64,000 nt of DNA from Candidatus Sumerlaeaceae bacterium (GTDB lineage Bacteria > Sumerlaeota > Sumerlaeia > Sumerlaeales > Sumerlaeaceae): assembly GCA_051003195.1 (NCBI GenBank), contig JBPCLP010000021.1:96001-160000 (forward strand), given 5' to 3'. The notes under the pieces were generated by a model. The model had not been told where the DNA came from, searched no databases, and saw only the letters and a program-made list of their open reading frames with translations. Positions within the stretch are counted from its first letter, which is position 1, and each line of letters begins with the position of its first letter. Position numbers and translations under genes: made by a program. Positions 19,446-28,647 of this stretch are shown here, in pieces.

Positions 19446-21167
19446 TTGGTTTCGGCCCCCGCAGCACCACAGAGCCGTAACTTCGCCGACAAAATCAAGA
19501 TGCAGCACAGGTTGTTCAACGAACTGTCTGCAATGTTCGGGCGGGAAGTGCCGCTGTATGACAAATCGCTTCTCGTAAACAGGGTGTGCAACCAGTGCAT
19601 CGCAGCTCTGCTGTCGCAGCTGCACCGCGGCTTTTCGCTTTCAGACGGGCAACTGGACAAGACGAGCGGAGAACGCCACGGAGCCATTCGGATCGGCACG
19701 CGAGAGGAGTATCGATGGGTCGCCGGGTACTTTGCTGCCTTCCAGCTCGAACCGCACAACTTCTACGATATGACGAGCCTCGGTGGCAAGAGTCAGCCGA
19801 TTATTGCGACCGCCTTCCGGTCGCCGCTGAATCCTGAGCATCGTGTATTTTGTTCCCTGTTGATGATCGACAGTTTCGACGCGCAGACCCGACAGCGAGT
19901 GGAGAAATTATTGGCGCAGCGCCAGGTCATCTCCGACCGCGCCAGGGAACTGATCGAAAAAAACGAAAGCGGAGGCGGCCTGAACGAAGCCGACGCGGAA
20001 GAACTGATTCGCGAGGGTACCAACCGTATCTTCAAATGGACAGGCCATGCACATGACTACAAGTTATACAATGAGCTGAGCGACGCCGGATTCAAAATCG
20101 CCGCCGACATTGCGTGCTTTGAATCGCATCATCTTAATCACCTTACACCGAACACCTTCTGCATGGATCTTTACACTTCGGCAATGAAGTTCTGTTTGGG
20201 CGAGCTCGACCCACAAACATTCAAGGCGCGAGCGGTTCAGGCGTTGAACTGGTTGCGGCGCACCGCGGATCGCGATTACATGAAGTTGCACTTCCGGCAT
20301 CTATGCAGCGAGGATATCGAATCGTTCAACCCCGTAGAAGTGTCCGAGGCTGAAGCCCAGGCTATCGCGGAAAAGCTGCTGGCGCGATTGAGCGAAAGCG
20401 ACCTCGACGTGAGCAAACTTAAGCACGCCGGGTTTAAGGATTTTACCGAGGGGCCGGACGTGAACACGCCCATTCTGCTGCGCCAGGATTCCTACAGGGC
20501 GCTTACCGAAGCGGTGACCTTTCATGAGCCGGATGGCTCGACCGTCGAAGCGGTGCACACGGCGCGGTTCGGAGAAATTGAACAACGCTTTTACGCTACC
20601 ACACCGGCTGGCCGTGAGCTATACGATCAATGCCTTGCCGAGGCAGAAACAGAACGCGCAAAAGATCCCTCGCTGGTTAAGCGTGATTACAGCGCTTACC
20701 TTGCAGCGTATGCGCGTGCCTTTGCTCCTTTTTCCGAAACGCTGCCCGAGTTGCTGGAAAGAAAGCTCGTGTTCGGGCGCTATTCGGTGACGCCAAAAGG
20801 ACTACAGAATGCCGGAACCATTTCCAGCACCGACATTACTGAACTGGGGAGGCTGGAATTCGTCCGATACGAGGGTCTTCGCTACGAGGATTTCCTCCCA
20901 TTCAGCGCTGCCGGAATTTTTGCCTCCAATCTAGGCCAGTATGGTACCGATACGCACAATGCTGAGAAACCGGTCTACACTACACATCTGCTGGAAGAGA
21001 TTATGGGCCGTAAAATCATCGACCCGAATGTGACGTACCACGGCCTCCAGTCAGAGTCGCTGCTTGAGGTTTACACCGAGCTCGGCTTAATAGACAAATT
21101 GTCTCCGGGGGCCCGGGCCAAACTGGATGACGCGGTGGCGGCTTTCAAGTTAGTGGTTCAGCCGTAG
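19446..21167 (+). CDS. 2-oxoadipate dioxygenase/decarboxylase (HglS/YdcJ, DUF1338) family
   Basis: Motifs EVPLY, ERHGAIRIG, HLNHLTP, PILLRQ, HTARFGEIEQR and YEDFLP.SAAGIF.SNL; start may be ATG 19500. Confidence 0.88.
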   Translation: MVSAPAAPQSRNFADKIKMQHRLFNELSAMFGREVPLYDKSLLVNRVCNQCIAALLSQLHRGFSLSDGQLDKTSGERHGAIRIGTREEYRWVAGYFAAFQLEPHNFYDMTSLGGKSQPIIATAFRSPLNPEHRVFCSLLMIDSFDAQTRQRVEKLLAQRQVISDRARELIEKNESGGGLNEADAEELIREGTNRIFKWTGHAHDYKLYNELSDAGFKIAADIACFESHHLNHLTPNTFCMDLYTSAMKFCLGELDPQTFKARAVQALNWLRRTADRDYMKLHFRHLCSEDIESFNPVEVSEAEAQAIAEKLLARLSESDLDVSKLKHAGFKDFTEGPDVNTPILLRQDSYRALTEAVTFHEPDGSTVEAVHTARFGEIEQRFYATTPAGRELYDQCLAEAETERAKDPSLVKRDYSAYLAAYARAFAPFSETLPELLERKLVFGRYSVTPKGLQNAGTISSTDITELGRLEFVRYEGLRYEDFLPFSAAGIFASNLGQYGTDTHNAEKPVYTTHLLEEIMGRKIIDPNVTYHGLQSESLLEVYTELGLIDKLSPGARAKLDDAVAAFKLVVQP

Positions 21168-21216
21168 CGAAAATCCAGAATGTTTCCGTAACTTTTCATC
21201 ATCGCTTGGAATCGCT

Positions 21217-21222
21217 TGACAA
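21217..21222 (+). promoter_or_regulatory. Consensus sigma70 -35 hexamer (TTGACA) in the intergenic region upstream of the CxxC gene
   Basis: Perfect TTGACA, but no convincing -10 box identified. Confidence 0.3.
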
Positions 21223-21453
21223 AACAAAGTGATTCCTGCCGACTGCTGCGCGAAGGAATGGTAGCATGCAACCCGGGACTTTGAAGCGCCTTCAGTCTTA
21301 GCTGCGGAAGACGCTCTGAAGAGCCGGGAGCCTGGGCTCTGAGCAGCAACCCGTTTCAGCAAAGCTTCACATTGTGTGGAGCAAACTGCCTGCGGCGTAC
21401 TGCAACACTGGCCGTGTTATCCGTTCCTTCTATTATACCTGGGAGGTGTTGGC

Positions 21454-21762
21454 ATGAAACGGATTACCCTGGCGGTAGCAGTCGTGGCGGCGTGCCTTCC
21501 AATCACAGCCAAATCCCGGCACGTTGGAGCAAGGCCCGTCCTCATTTACTCGATGGATAACTGCCCCGCATGTGAAGCGCTGGCGCACACGCTTTCGGGG
21601 TCTGGTATACGCCTTCGTGTGGCGCGGACGGATGAGATGAGTGTCAGCTCGTTCCCGACCGTGCTGTATTCGGACGGGCGGCGGGACTCTGGATCGCGCA
21701 TCCAGAACGGTTTGTGCGAGCTGCCCACGTCAGTGCGAGTGCTGAAGTGGATAGGTGACTAG
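21454..21762 (+). CDS. Small exported glutaredoxin/thioredoxin-like CxxC protein
   Basis: GGAGG SD; signal peptide; IYSMDNCPAC; cis-Pro-like FPTV. Confidence 0.65.
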   Translation: MKRITLAVAVVAACLPITAKSRHVGARPVLIYSMDNCPACEALAHTLSGSGIRLRVARTDEMSVSSFPTVLYSDGRRDSGSRIQNGLCELPTSVRVLKWIGD

Positions 21763-21858
21763 TGTGCCGAATCAGTAGTTCCTTACCAGACCAAAGGACA
21801 AACTTACCCTCGATTCGGCACACAGAACTGATTACGAAGTAACGGTAGACCACCCCAG
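21759..21858 (+). repeat. ~96-bp dispersed structured repeat, copy A (MITE-like or ncRNA)
   Basis: 12-bp stem gtgtgccgaatc/gattcggcacac plus tail agaactgattacgaagtaacggtagaccaccc; homologous to copies at 56355, 56451 and 62091 (reverse). Confidence 0.9.
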
Positions 21859-21965
21859 CAGCTCAGCGCCGTTGGATCAGGAAACTTCTCGCCATCACTG
21901 AATGCGGTTGAAAAAACGTCGGGAACGCGTAAAGCGTTCCCGATTTTACAGACGCGAGTGCACCA

Positions 21966-23579
21966 TTGACCAACGAGGCGACGAGCACAAGTGATGAACG
22001 GCCTGCGTCGTTAGTTCGGCGTGTCATGCGGTGGCGCACGCTGCTGGTCGTTATGCTGGGTCTCGTGGTCCTGTTCGGTGCGTTTATCCGCGTGAACTCG
22101 GCACGCAAATGGAAGGAACTCGACGGCGATGAGAACCTGTTCGCGCTGACCGCCCGGGAGTTCGCACAAAACACCCGGCTGTACTATCCCGTAAAATACG
22201 AGTTCCGGCCCGAGGTGCCCTACAAAGTTTTTGCCAGCCCGGCGACTCAACATCCCCCGCTGTTTCCGCTGCTGGGAGGCTTGGTCGCAAAGGCGTTGGG
22301 AACCCTTAACACATTCGCGTGCCTCAAGGGCCTGGCCTGTCTCGCCGGAGTCGTGGCGATGCTGCTTGTATGGAGGCTGAGCCGCCGGCTGGGCGGGGAA
22401 ATAGCAGGACTTGTTGGGCTGAGTCTGTGCGCGCTATTTCTAACCATGATCTTTTACTCGGCGAAGGCGAGCGTTTACATGCTGCTCGCCTGCACCAACC
22501 TGGGTATACTGTCCGTGGCCGAGTATCTGCCCGTACTGACCCGCAGGCAATCCGCACTGCTCGGCGCGCTGGCGGCATTCGGGCTGCTGCTGCACAGCTG
22601 CATGTTCGCCACGGTTGCAGCGGTGTTCGTCGTGCTCGTGATCACGTGGAAACATTGGCGCACGCTGCATCTGCCGATTCTCGGTGCAGCTTTTGCGGCG
22701 GTGTTACTGCCTTATCTAGCGTGGAACTATTACCACCTGAAGTCGCCGTTTGCTTCATACTCGACCACGTACTTTCTTATGATCAATCGGCTTACAACAC
22801 CTGGGATCGTCGATGGCAACCTGGTGTACCTCCGCGTGCACAAGCCACTGAATATGATTCTGCCTGAAATGGCGAAAAGCACTTTAAACGCCTCGGTGTT
22901 GTTTTCTTTTCATGTCGCGCGAAACGTCGGGCCGGCCGCGCTTGTGCTGGCAGGCGTGGGGCTTTGGTGGCTTTGGCGACGCAAACGCCTCGTGTGCTAC
23001 TCCGTCGTGCTCATCATTCTCTTCCAGGTCGGCATCTCCTCGATGGTTGGAATCTACCGCGCGAGATTCAGCGTACCGGTACTGCCGGTGCTGTTTGTAC
23101 TCGCGGGCGTTGGAACCGGTGCGCTGGTCTCAGGCCGCTGGTGGTGGCGCATAATCGCAGCAATGCTGGCGGCTGCCGGGGTTTTGCAGTATCTCATGGT
23201 TCTCCACCTCGACCACGATCATTTCTACACCGAAGCAAGTTCCGGGACGCAGGCTGTGTACCAGAAGATGCGTAAATTGAGTGCAAAAATGGCCGCCGAA
23301 CTCCAGCCGGGCGTTATCCTCGGAGCGGCAAAGCTGCTCGACGGCGGACTTGAAACCCACTACTGGCTGGGATGGCCGTATGTGCACGGCCGCGAGATGT
23401 ATGGCCCGCAGTGGACGCCAATGCTCGCCAATGACTTCCACGCGAAGTACGTGTGGTGCGACCGGCACAATGGACGCAAAGTGGCGCGCTGGCTGCCGAA
23501 CTACCGTTCGATAATGATGAACGAGCATTTTGTTATTTTCGCGCGGCGTGACGATCAGGCAACCACCGCAAGCAGATGA
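21966..23579 (+). CDS. ArnT/PMT-like (GT-C) membrane glycosyltransferase
   Basis: N-terminal TM followed by GDE, HPPLFPLL and many TM helices. Confidence 0.75.
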   Translation: MTNEATSTSDERPASLVRRVMRWRTLLVVMLGLVVLFGAFIRVNSARKWKELDGDENLFALTAREFAQNTRLYYPVKYEFRPEVPYKVFASPATQHPPLFPLLGGLVAKALGTLNTFACLKGLACLAGVVAMLLVWRLSRRLGGEIAGLVGLSLCALFLTMIFYSAKASVYMLLACTNLGILSVAEYLPVLTRRQSALLGALAAFGLLLHSCMFATVAAVFVVLVITWKHWRTLHLPILGAAFAAVLLPYLAWNYYHLKSPFASYSTTYFLMINRLTTPGIVDGNLVYLRVHKPLNMILPEMAKSTLNASVLFSFHVARNVGPAALVLAGVGLWWLWRRKRLVCYSVVLIILFQVGISSMVGIYRARFSVPVLPVLFVLAGVGTGALVSGRWWWRIIAAMLAAAGVLQYLMVLHLDHDHFYTEASSGTQAVYQKMRKLSAKMAAELQPGVILGAAKLLDGGLETHYWLGWPYVHGREMYGPQWTPMLANDFHAKYVWCDRHNGRKVARWLPNYRSIMMNEHFVIFARRDDQATTASR

Positions 23580-23597
23580 GCGGCCTTCGGGGAATGT

Positions 23598-24185
23598 TTA
23601 TCCGAGGGGTCCGAGGTTGGTGCGGCCGAAGTCGCCGAGAGATATCGTACCGTTAGTGGGTTCGTAGATGCGCGTGGGCGGCACCTGCAGATAATGTCCC
23701 AGCACGTCGTTTTTAAGGTCGGGCCCCAGCGATCCCGCCCACCACCGCACGCCGTGCGTCTCCCAGTACTCGGTGGCGCCTGCGGGATAATTGTTGGGCT
23801 GCGCAGAGATCGTGTCGATGCCGATGTAGGTGAAGTAGCGCCCGCGAATTATGTCGGCGTCCTCCATCGGCCGGAAAATATCGAGCGGAATGGAGCTCAT
23901 ATACGCGACCGGCGTTGTCATGGCCGCGTAGCTGAACGATTCGTTATTCGGATCGAACCCATACAGACCGGTGTCGTAGTTGGGTGGGTAGCGGTTATGG
24001 TCCACCGAATACGCCTCCATCGTAGTGGCGATGGTGCGCAGGTCGGCCTTTGCGCGGGCCACCTTCGCGCGCACCTGCGCCTCCAGCATGTTGGGCAGCG
24101 CCACCAGCGCGAGTATCGCGATAATACCGACAACAATCAGCAGCTCGATGAGCGTAAACGCGGCCCCTGTATCGTGACGGTTCAT
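23598..24185 (-). CDS. Prepilin-type N-methylation domain protein (pilin/pseudopilin paralog 1)
   Basis: Motifs AFTLIELLIVV..PNMLEAQVRAK, TTPVAY, SLGPD and YEPTNGTISLGD. Confidence 0.9.
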   Translation of the reverse strand: MNRHDTGAAFTLIELLIVVGIIAILALVALPNMLEAQVRAKVARAKADLRTIATTMEAYSVDHNRYPPNYDTGLYGFDPNNESFSYAAMTTPVAYMSSIPLDIFRPMEDADIIRGRYFTYIGIDTISAQPNNYPAGATEYWETHGVRWWAGSLGPDLKNDVLGHYLQVPPTRIYEPTNGTISLGDFGRTNLGPLG

Positions 24186-24367
24186 GAATGCGACGCATGC
24201 CGGGCGCACGCGCATTGAAATGTCAATCTCTGGACGCGCGAGTTTGATGAGGTTTTCGCTGGGGCGTACTTGCGATGCCCTTCTCATGCAAAGTGAGGCG
24301 TGTGTAGGTTTCCGGCTTGCAGACGACACCTGCTGCGATTGGATCGCGGAAGAAGGAATCTAAAACG

Positions 24368-25399
24368 ATGCACTTTCGCAGGACGATCTTTCTTTTAACC
24401 GCAGGCTCAGTACTCTTTGTAGCGGGTTGCGGGGACCAGCAGCCTGCAGGCAGCCGGACGGGATCGGGATCTGCCCGCCCGGATGCGGCAACCTCTACGA
24501 CGCTTGTAATCGGGTTGATGCCAAAGCTGGTGGGCATCGATTACTTCACGGCGGTGGAGAAAGGCGCGCAGGAGGCGGCGACGGAACTGGGCGTCACCGT
24601 ATCCTACGACGGCCCCATTGAGGGCGATACAGCAAAACAATCTGAAATGCTGGACACGTGGATCGCGCGCAAAATGGATGTGATTGCGATCTCTCCGAAC
24701 GATCCGAAGGCAATTGCACCGGCACTCGTGAAGGCGCAAAAGAAGGGGATCAAAGTCATCACCTTTGATGCCGACGCAGTGCCGGAAGCGCGCAGTTACT
24801 TTGTGAACCAGGCGACGAACGAGAGTGTCGGCACCGGCCTGGTCGATGTCGTGGGAGAGCAGATCCGAGGGCAGGGTGAGGTTGCGATCATCACCGGCTC
24901 GCTCACGGCCGCGAACCAGAATGCGTGGATCGATGCGATGAAAACTCACATGGCCGCGAAATATCCGGGGATGAAGCTGGTGGACACGCGCCCATCCGAA
25001 GTCGATCCCGAGCTGGCATATCGAGTGACCCAGGACTTACTGAAAGCTTACCCGAACCTGAGAGGCATTTTCGCCATCACGTCGATTGCTCTGCCGCAGG
25101 CGGCGCACGCAGTGAAAGACGCGGGGGTGGCCGACAAGGTTATAGTCACAGGCCTGGCAACGCCCGGCGCGATGAAGCCCTACGTCGATGACGGAACCGT
25201 GAAAACGTTCCTGCTTTGGAGCCCGCTGGACCTTGGCTACTTGACGGTTTATACCGCGCGGGAATTGGCGCAGAATGGCAAGCTTGGTAAAACACTGAAG
25301 GCAGGTCGGCTTGGAGACATGGAAGTGAGCGGAACAGAAGTACTGCTCGGGCCACCTACGCGATTCGATAAAAACAATATCGCGAAATTCAACTTCTAG
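24368..25399 (+). CDS. Sugar ABC transporter substrate-binding lipoprotein (RhaS/LsrB-like)
   Basis: Lipobox VAGC; motifs PKLVGIDYF, TFDADA, NQNAWI and TGLATP. Confidence 0.88.
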   Translation: MHFRRTIFLLTAGSVLFVAGCGDQQPAGSRTGSGSARPDAATSTTLVIGLMPKLVGIDYFTAVEKGAQEAATELGVTVSYDGPIEGDTAKQSEMLDTWIARKMDVIAISPNDPKAIAPALVKAQKKGIKVITFDADAVPEARSYFVNQATNESVGTGLVDVVGEQIRGQGEVAIITGSLTAANQNAWIDAMKTHMAAKYPGMKLVDTRPSEVDPELAYRVTQDLLKAYPNLRGIFAITSIALPQAAHAVKDAGVADKVIVTGLATPGAMKPYVDDGTVKTFLLWSPLDLGYLTVYTARELAQNGKLGKTLKAGRLGDMEVSGTEVLLGPPTRFDKNNIAKFNF

Positions 25400-26328
25400 C
25401 CAAGCAGATCCAGCGCAGCCATTGCGGCCAGGCGCTGCAGCTCTCGGACACTCGAGCTGCTGTACCAGCTGTTATGGCTCGTTATGACGGCGTTCGGTAG
25501 CTTTAGAATTTCTGCATCATGAGCCGGTGGCTCCTGTTCCATCACGTCGAGCGCGGCTCCCGCGATACGGTTCTCACGAAGCGCGTCGGTCAGCGTATTG
25601 GTGTCGATCAGGCCGCCACGGCTGGTGTTCACGAGAAGCGCGAGCGGTTTCATCTGCGCCAGTCGTTCAGCATTTACAAGGTGCCGGGTTTCATGGGTGA
25701 GCGGACAATGGAGGCTGATGATGTCGGCAGTTTTAAAGAGAGCCTCAACATCGACAGGCTGCGCATGATGTGCTCGGAAGATTTCTGAGCTAACGAAGTG
25801 ATCTGTCGCGATTATATTGAGACCAAATGATCGTGCCCTTTCGGCCACGAGTCGCGCGATGCGTCCAAACCCGACGAGGCCCAGAGTGCTTTCGCGCAGC
25901 GGCGGCAGCGGTAGCGGCGGCGTGATCCTCCATGTACCATCGCGCACGAGGTCTCGAACACTGCACACCTGTCGCTGCAGAGTCAGAATCAACGCCATGG
26001 TTTGGTCGGCAACCTCGTTGAGGCAGTAGTCGGGAACATTGCGCACGGGAATCCCGCGTGCGGCCGCGGCATCGAGGTCAATGTTATCCAGCCCAATCCC
26101 ATAACGCACGATCCCACGGCATTTCTGCATCGTGGAAATTGCGTGTGCTTTGACGGGCGCCCACTGCGTCATGACCACCTCCGCATCAACAACCGCACCA
26201 GCGACGTCCTCCTCAGTTTTGCATTGCAGCGGGACCAGCTCCACGTCTCTTCCCGCAAACGCTTCGCGCTCGGGGTCCAGCGACTCGAATCCCCAATCAG
26301 TGATCACGACTTTACGCGAGGTAGTCAT
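25396..26328 (-). CDS. D-2-hydroxyacid dehydrogenase (CtBP/PGDH-like)
   Basis: Motifs RYGIGLDNID, GLVGFGRIA, NTSRG, DVMEQEP and SHNSW. Confidence 0.9.
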   Translation of the reverse strand: MTTSRKVVITDWGFESLDPEREAFAGRDVELVPLQCKTEEDVAGAVVDAEVVMTQWAPVKAHAISTMQKCRGIVRYGIGLDNIDLDAAAARGIPVRNVPDYCLNEVADQTMALILTLQRQVCSVRDLVRDGTWRITPPLPLPPLRESTLGLVGFGRIARLVAERARSFGLNIIATDHFVSSEIFRAHHAQPVDVEALFKTADIISLHCPLTHETRHLVNAERLAQMKPLALLVNTSRGGLIDTNTLTDALRENRIAGAALDVMEQEPPAHDAEILKLPNAVITSHNSWYSSSSVRELQRLAAMAALDLLG

Positions 26329-27076
26329 GAATGACTTCTCCGCACACGAGTGTGAAGTCTGCCCTCCAGTAAAAGCCGTCTGACATTTCAACAACCGGAA
26401 GCTTGTAAACCGGCGCCTGCGCGTTCGCGCGCAACTCCGCCGTGCAAGGTCCAGTCCAGCATTCATGCACCTGCACGTCGGCCAGTTTGCGACTGGTCAG
26501 TTGCCGCACGGCAGTTCGTCCGTCAATGCTGGGAATCACTTTGTAGTTTATGTTGGTTGCGAAGTCGAATGTTCGGTGCTTCAGGTCATCAAGGTTGCCG
26601 CGGGCCTGCTTGTATCCCATGGTGCCAGTGATGATGTCGATGTCGTTCCGGGTTACGGTGGCAACCAGAAGGTCTTTGCGTGTCTCAACGCGCGCGTCAG
26701 CGAACTTCTTCGGCTGGCCATGCACTTCGCGGCCGTGCGCCAGCCCAACGTCACTGTTAAGGAACAGGTACGGCGAGTATCCGCCCTCATGCGCATCGCT
26801 CAGTCGCGCGCCCACCATCACATTGCACTCACCATAGGAACCGAGCCACTCAACATCGTTCATATTGTAGACATGGATGAGTACCCAGTCACTGGTTGCA
26901 GTGAGCGGCGGCGGGAGCAAGGCCTGCACCGCTTCAAGCCTGGTTCGATAGACAAGCGTCATAACTTCCACGTTGCGGAACGTGAAGGGGAACTCCGGAA
27001 CGAGCGGTACATCCCACGGCATCGACCACGATTTGGCTGGGTCGCGTTCAGGCACTGGCCTTACCCGATGGGTCAT
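26312..27076 (-). CDS. Acetoacetate decarboxylase family protein
   Basis: Motifs GSYGE and GREVHGQPKK (Schiff-base Lys motif). Confidence 0.85.
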   Translation of the reverse strand: MTHRVRPVPERDPAKSWSMPWDVPLVPEFPFTFRNVEVMTLVYRTRLEAVQALLPPPLTATSDWVLIHVYNMNDVEWLGSYGECNVMVGARLSDAHEGGYSPYLFLNSDVGLAHGREVHGQPKKFADARVETRKDLLVATVTRNDIDIITGTMGYKQARGNLDDLKHRTFDFATNINYKVIPSIDGRTAVRQLTSRKLADVQVHECWTGPCTAELRANAQAPVYKLPVVEMSDGFYWRADFTLVCGEVIHDYLA

Positions 27077-27815
27077 TCAGCCGCGGCGCGCCGTCTGGAG
27101 CAGTCTTGCCTACCCGTTCATAGAACTCTGCTGGAATCTTCGCCGGATCTTTATAGATGTACCATGTGCACGGGTCATCCGCATGCTCCGGGTATTCCGT
27201 CACGCGCATTGGATGGCCGTAGTTTTCAATCGCGAGGACCTCATTCACCATGGTACAATGCGCGCAGTAATAACACACCCGAGACCTGCCCCATGTCCAT
27301 GGGTGCGCCTGTTTGGAAAAGCCGAACACTTGCGGATTTGCTTCGTTGCCGCTTTCCACGCGCTGCCGCGCGACGCCGCCACTACCACAAGGATCGAGTT
27401 TCAGGACGTACCGATCAGGTTCTTCCGTGATCGCGATTTCTCCCTGGCGTGCAGGGCCCATCAGGTGCCCGCGCAACCCTTCCACCGTTAACTGAAGTTG
27501 AGTCTCGACGCTGCTCGCCATCACCTTGTCGTAGCGGCTTTTGTAGTAGCTGCCGAGAATTGACCGAAACGCTTTTTCGAGCTCCGCTTCGCCGTACGTG
27601 TCTGCAATGTATGTGAAAAATGCCCAGGACCAGTTGACGTACATGTCGTGAACGATCTGCCACTCGAGCCGCGCATATTCCACGATGCGCTTTGCCTCTT
27701 CGAAGTCGCCGCGGTCCATGGCGTCGTACGCCTGACGCAGAGTGGACACTCCAACTTCAGCAGCTGTATCCTGCCGCAGGTCACGATTTAACAATTCTGA
27801 TTTGCCAAGGTTCAT
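27048..27815 (-). CDS. Conserved hypothetical protein with Cys/His motifs
   Basis: Operon-coupled ORF; motifs LRGH, DPCGSGG, CYYCAHC and DDPC. Confidence 0.7.
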   Translation of the reverse strand: MNLGKSELLNRDLRQDTAAEVGVSTLRQAYDAMDRGDFEEAKRIVEYARLEWQIVHDMYVNWSWAFFTYIADTYGEAELEKAFRSILGSYYKSRYDKVMASSVETQLQLTVEGLRGHLMGPARQGEIAITEEPDRYVLKLDPCGSGGVARQRVESGNEANPQVFGFSKQAHPWTWGRSRVCYYCAHCTMVNEVLAIENYGHPMRVTEYPEHADDPCTWYIYKDPAKIPAEFYERVGKTAPDGAPRLNDPSGKASA

Positions 27816-27837
27816 GCGTTGAGTTTCGCGGCCGTGC

Positions 27838-28647
27838 TCAGCATGTCAGCATGAATCCGCCGCAGACATTGATCGTCTGCCCGGTAATGAACGCCGCTCT
27901 GTCTGATGCGAGAAACGCGATAAGGTTCGCGACATCGTCGGCCTTCCCGAGACGTCCCAGCGGAGTCGACTTAGCCCATGCTTCGGTCAGTTCGGTTGCG
28001 CTTTTTCCGGTCACGCTTGCCAATTCCGCGAATAATCCGTCCCACATCGGCGTGTCGGTAACAGCAGGGCACACGCAGTTTGCGGTAATTCCTTTGGAAC
28101 CGTAGGCCAGCGCAAGGGATTCTGTCAGGTTTGAGACAGCCGCCTTCGCAGCCGCATAATGAGCGGATAGCGCTCGCCCCTTGCGGCCAGCATTGGACCC
28201 AAGGTTGATGATACGCCCGCCGCTGCTCATCTGTTCCGCGGCTGCCGTACTCATAAAGAACAGAGAGCGAACGTCGATCTCAAGCACCTCGTCCCATTCG
28301 CCCGGGGTGATCTCGCTCATGCGGTTGAAGTGGCAGACACCCGCGGAATTGACAAGGATGTTAATCGCGCCCGCAGCTTCGATAGCGTGCGCGACGGTAT
28401 TAATCGCGGCATCGGCGGGCCGTAAATCCATCTCAAGCATGATGTGATCGGCCCCGGGAAGAGCGGCTATTAGCGCGATCAGCTTGTCCTGGTTGCGGTC
28501 GACCGCGACAATGCGAGCGCCAGCCGCCGCGAGAGTGGTCGCCGTTGCATAACCAATACCGCTTCCTGCACCGGTAATCAACGCGACTTTACCATCGAAG
28601 CGTAATTCAATCGGGGCTAAAGCTCCGGGCGTTTGCACTTTGCTCAT
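27838..28647 (-). CDS. SDR family oxidoreductase
   Basis: Motifs TGAGSGIG, NSAG, YAAAK and TGQTINVCGG. Confidence 0.92.
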   Translation of the reverse strand: MSKVQTPGALAPIELRFDGKVALITGAGSGIGYATATTLAAAGARIVAVDRNQDKLIALIAALPGADHIMLEMDLRPADAAINTVAHAIEAAGAINILVNSAGVCHFNRMSEITPGEWDEVLEIDVRSLFFMSTAAAEQMSSGGRIINLGSNAGRKGRALSAHYAAAKAAVSNLTESLALAYGSKGITANCVCPAVTDTPMWDGLFAELASVTGKSATELTEAWAKSTPLGRLGKADDVANLIAFLASDRAAFITGQTINVCGGFMLTC

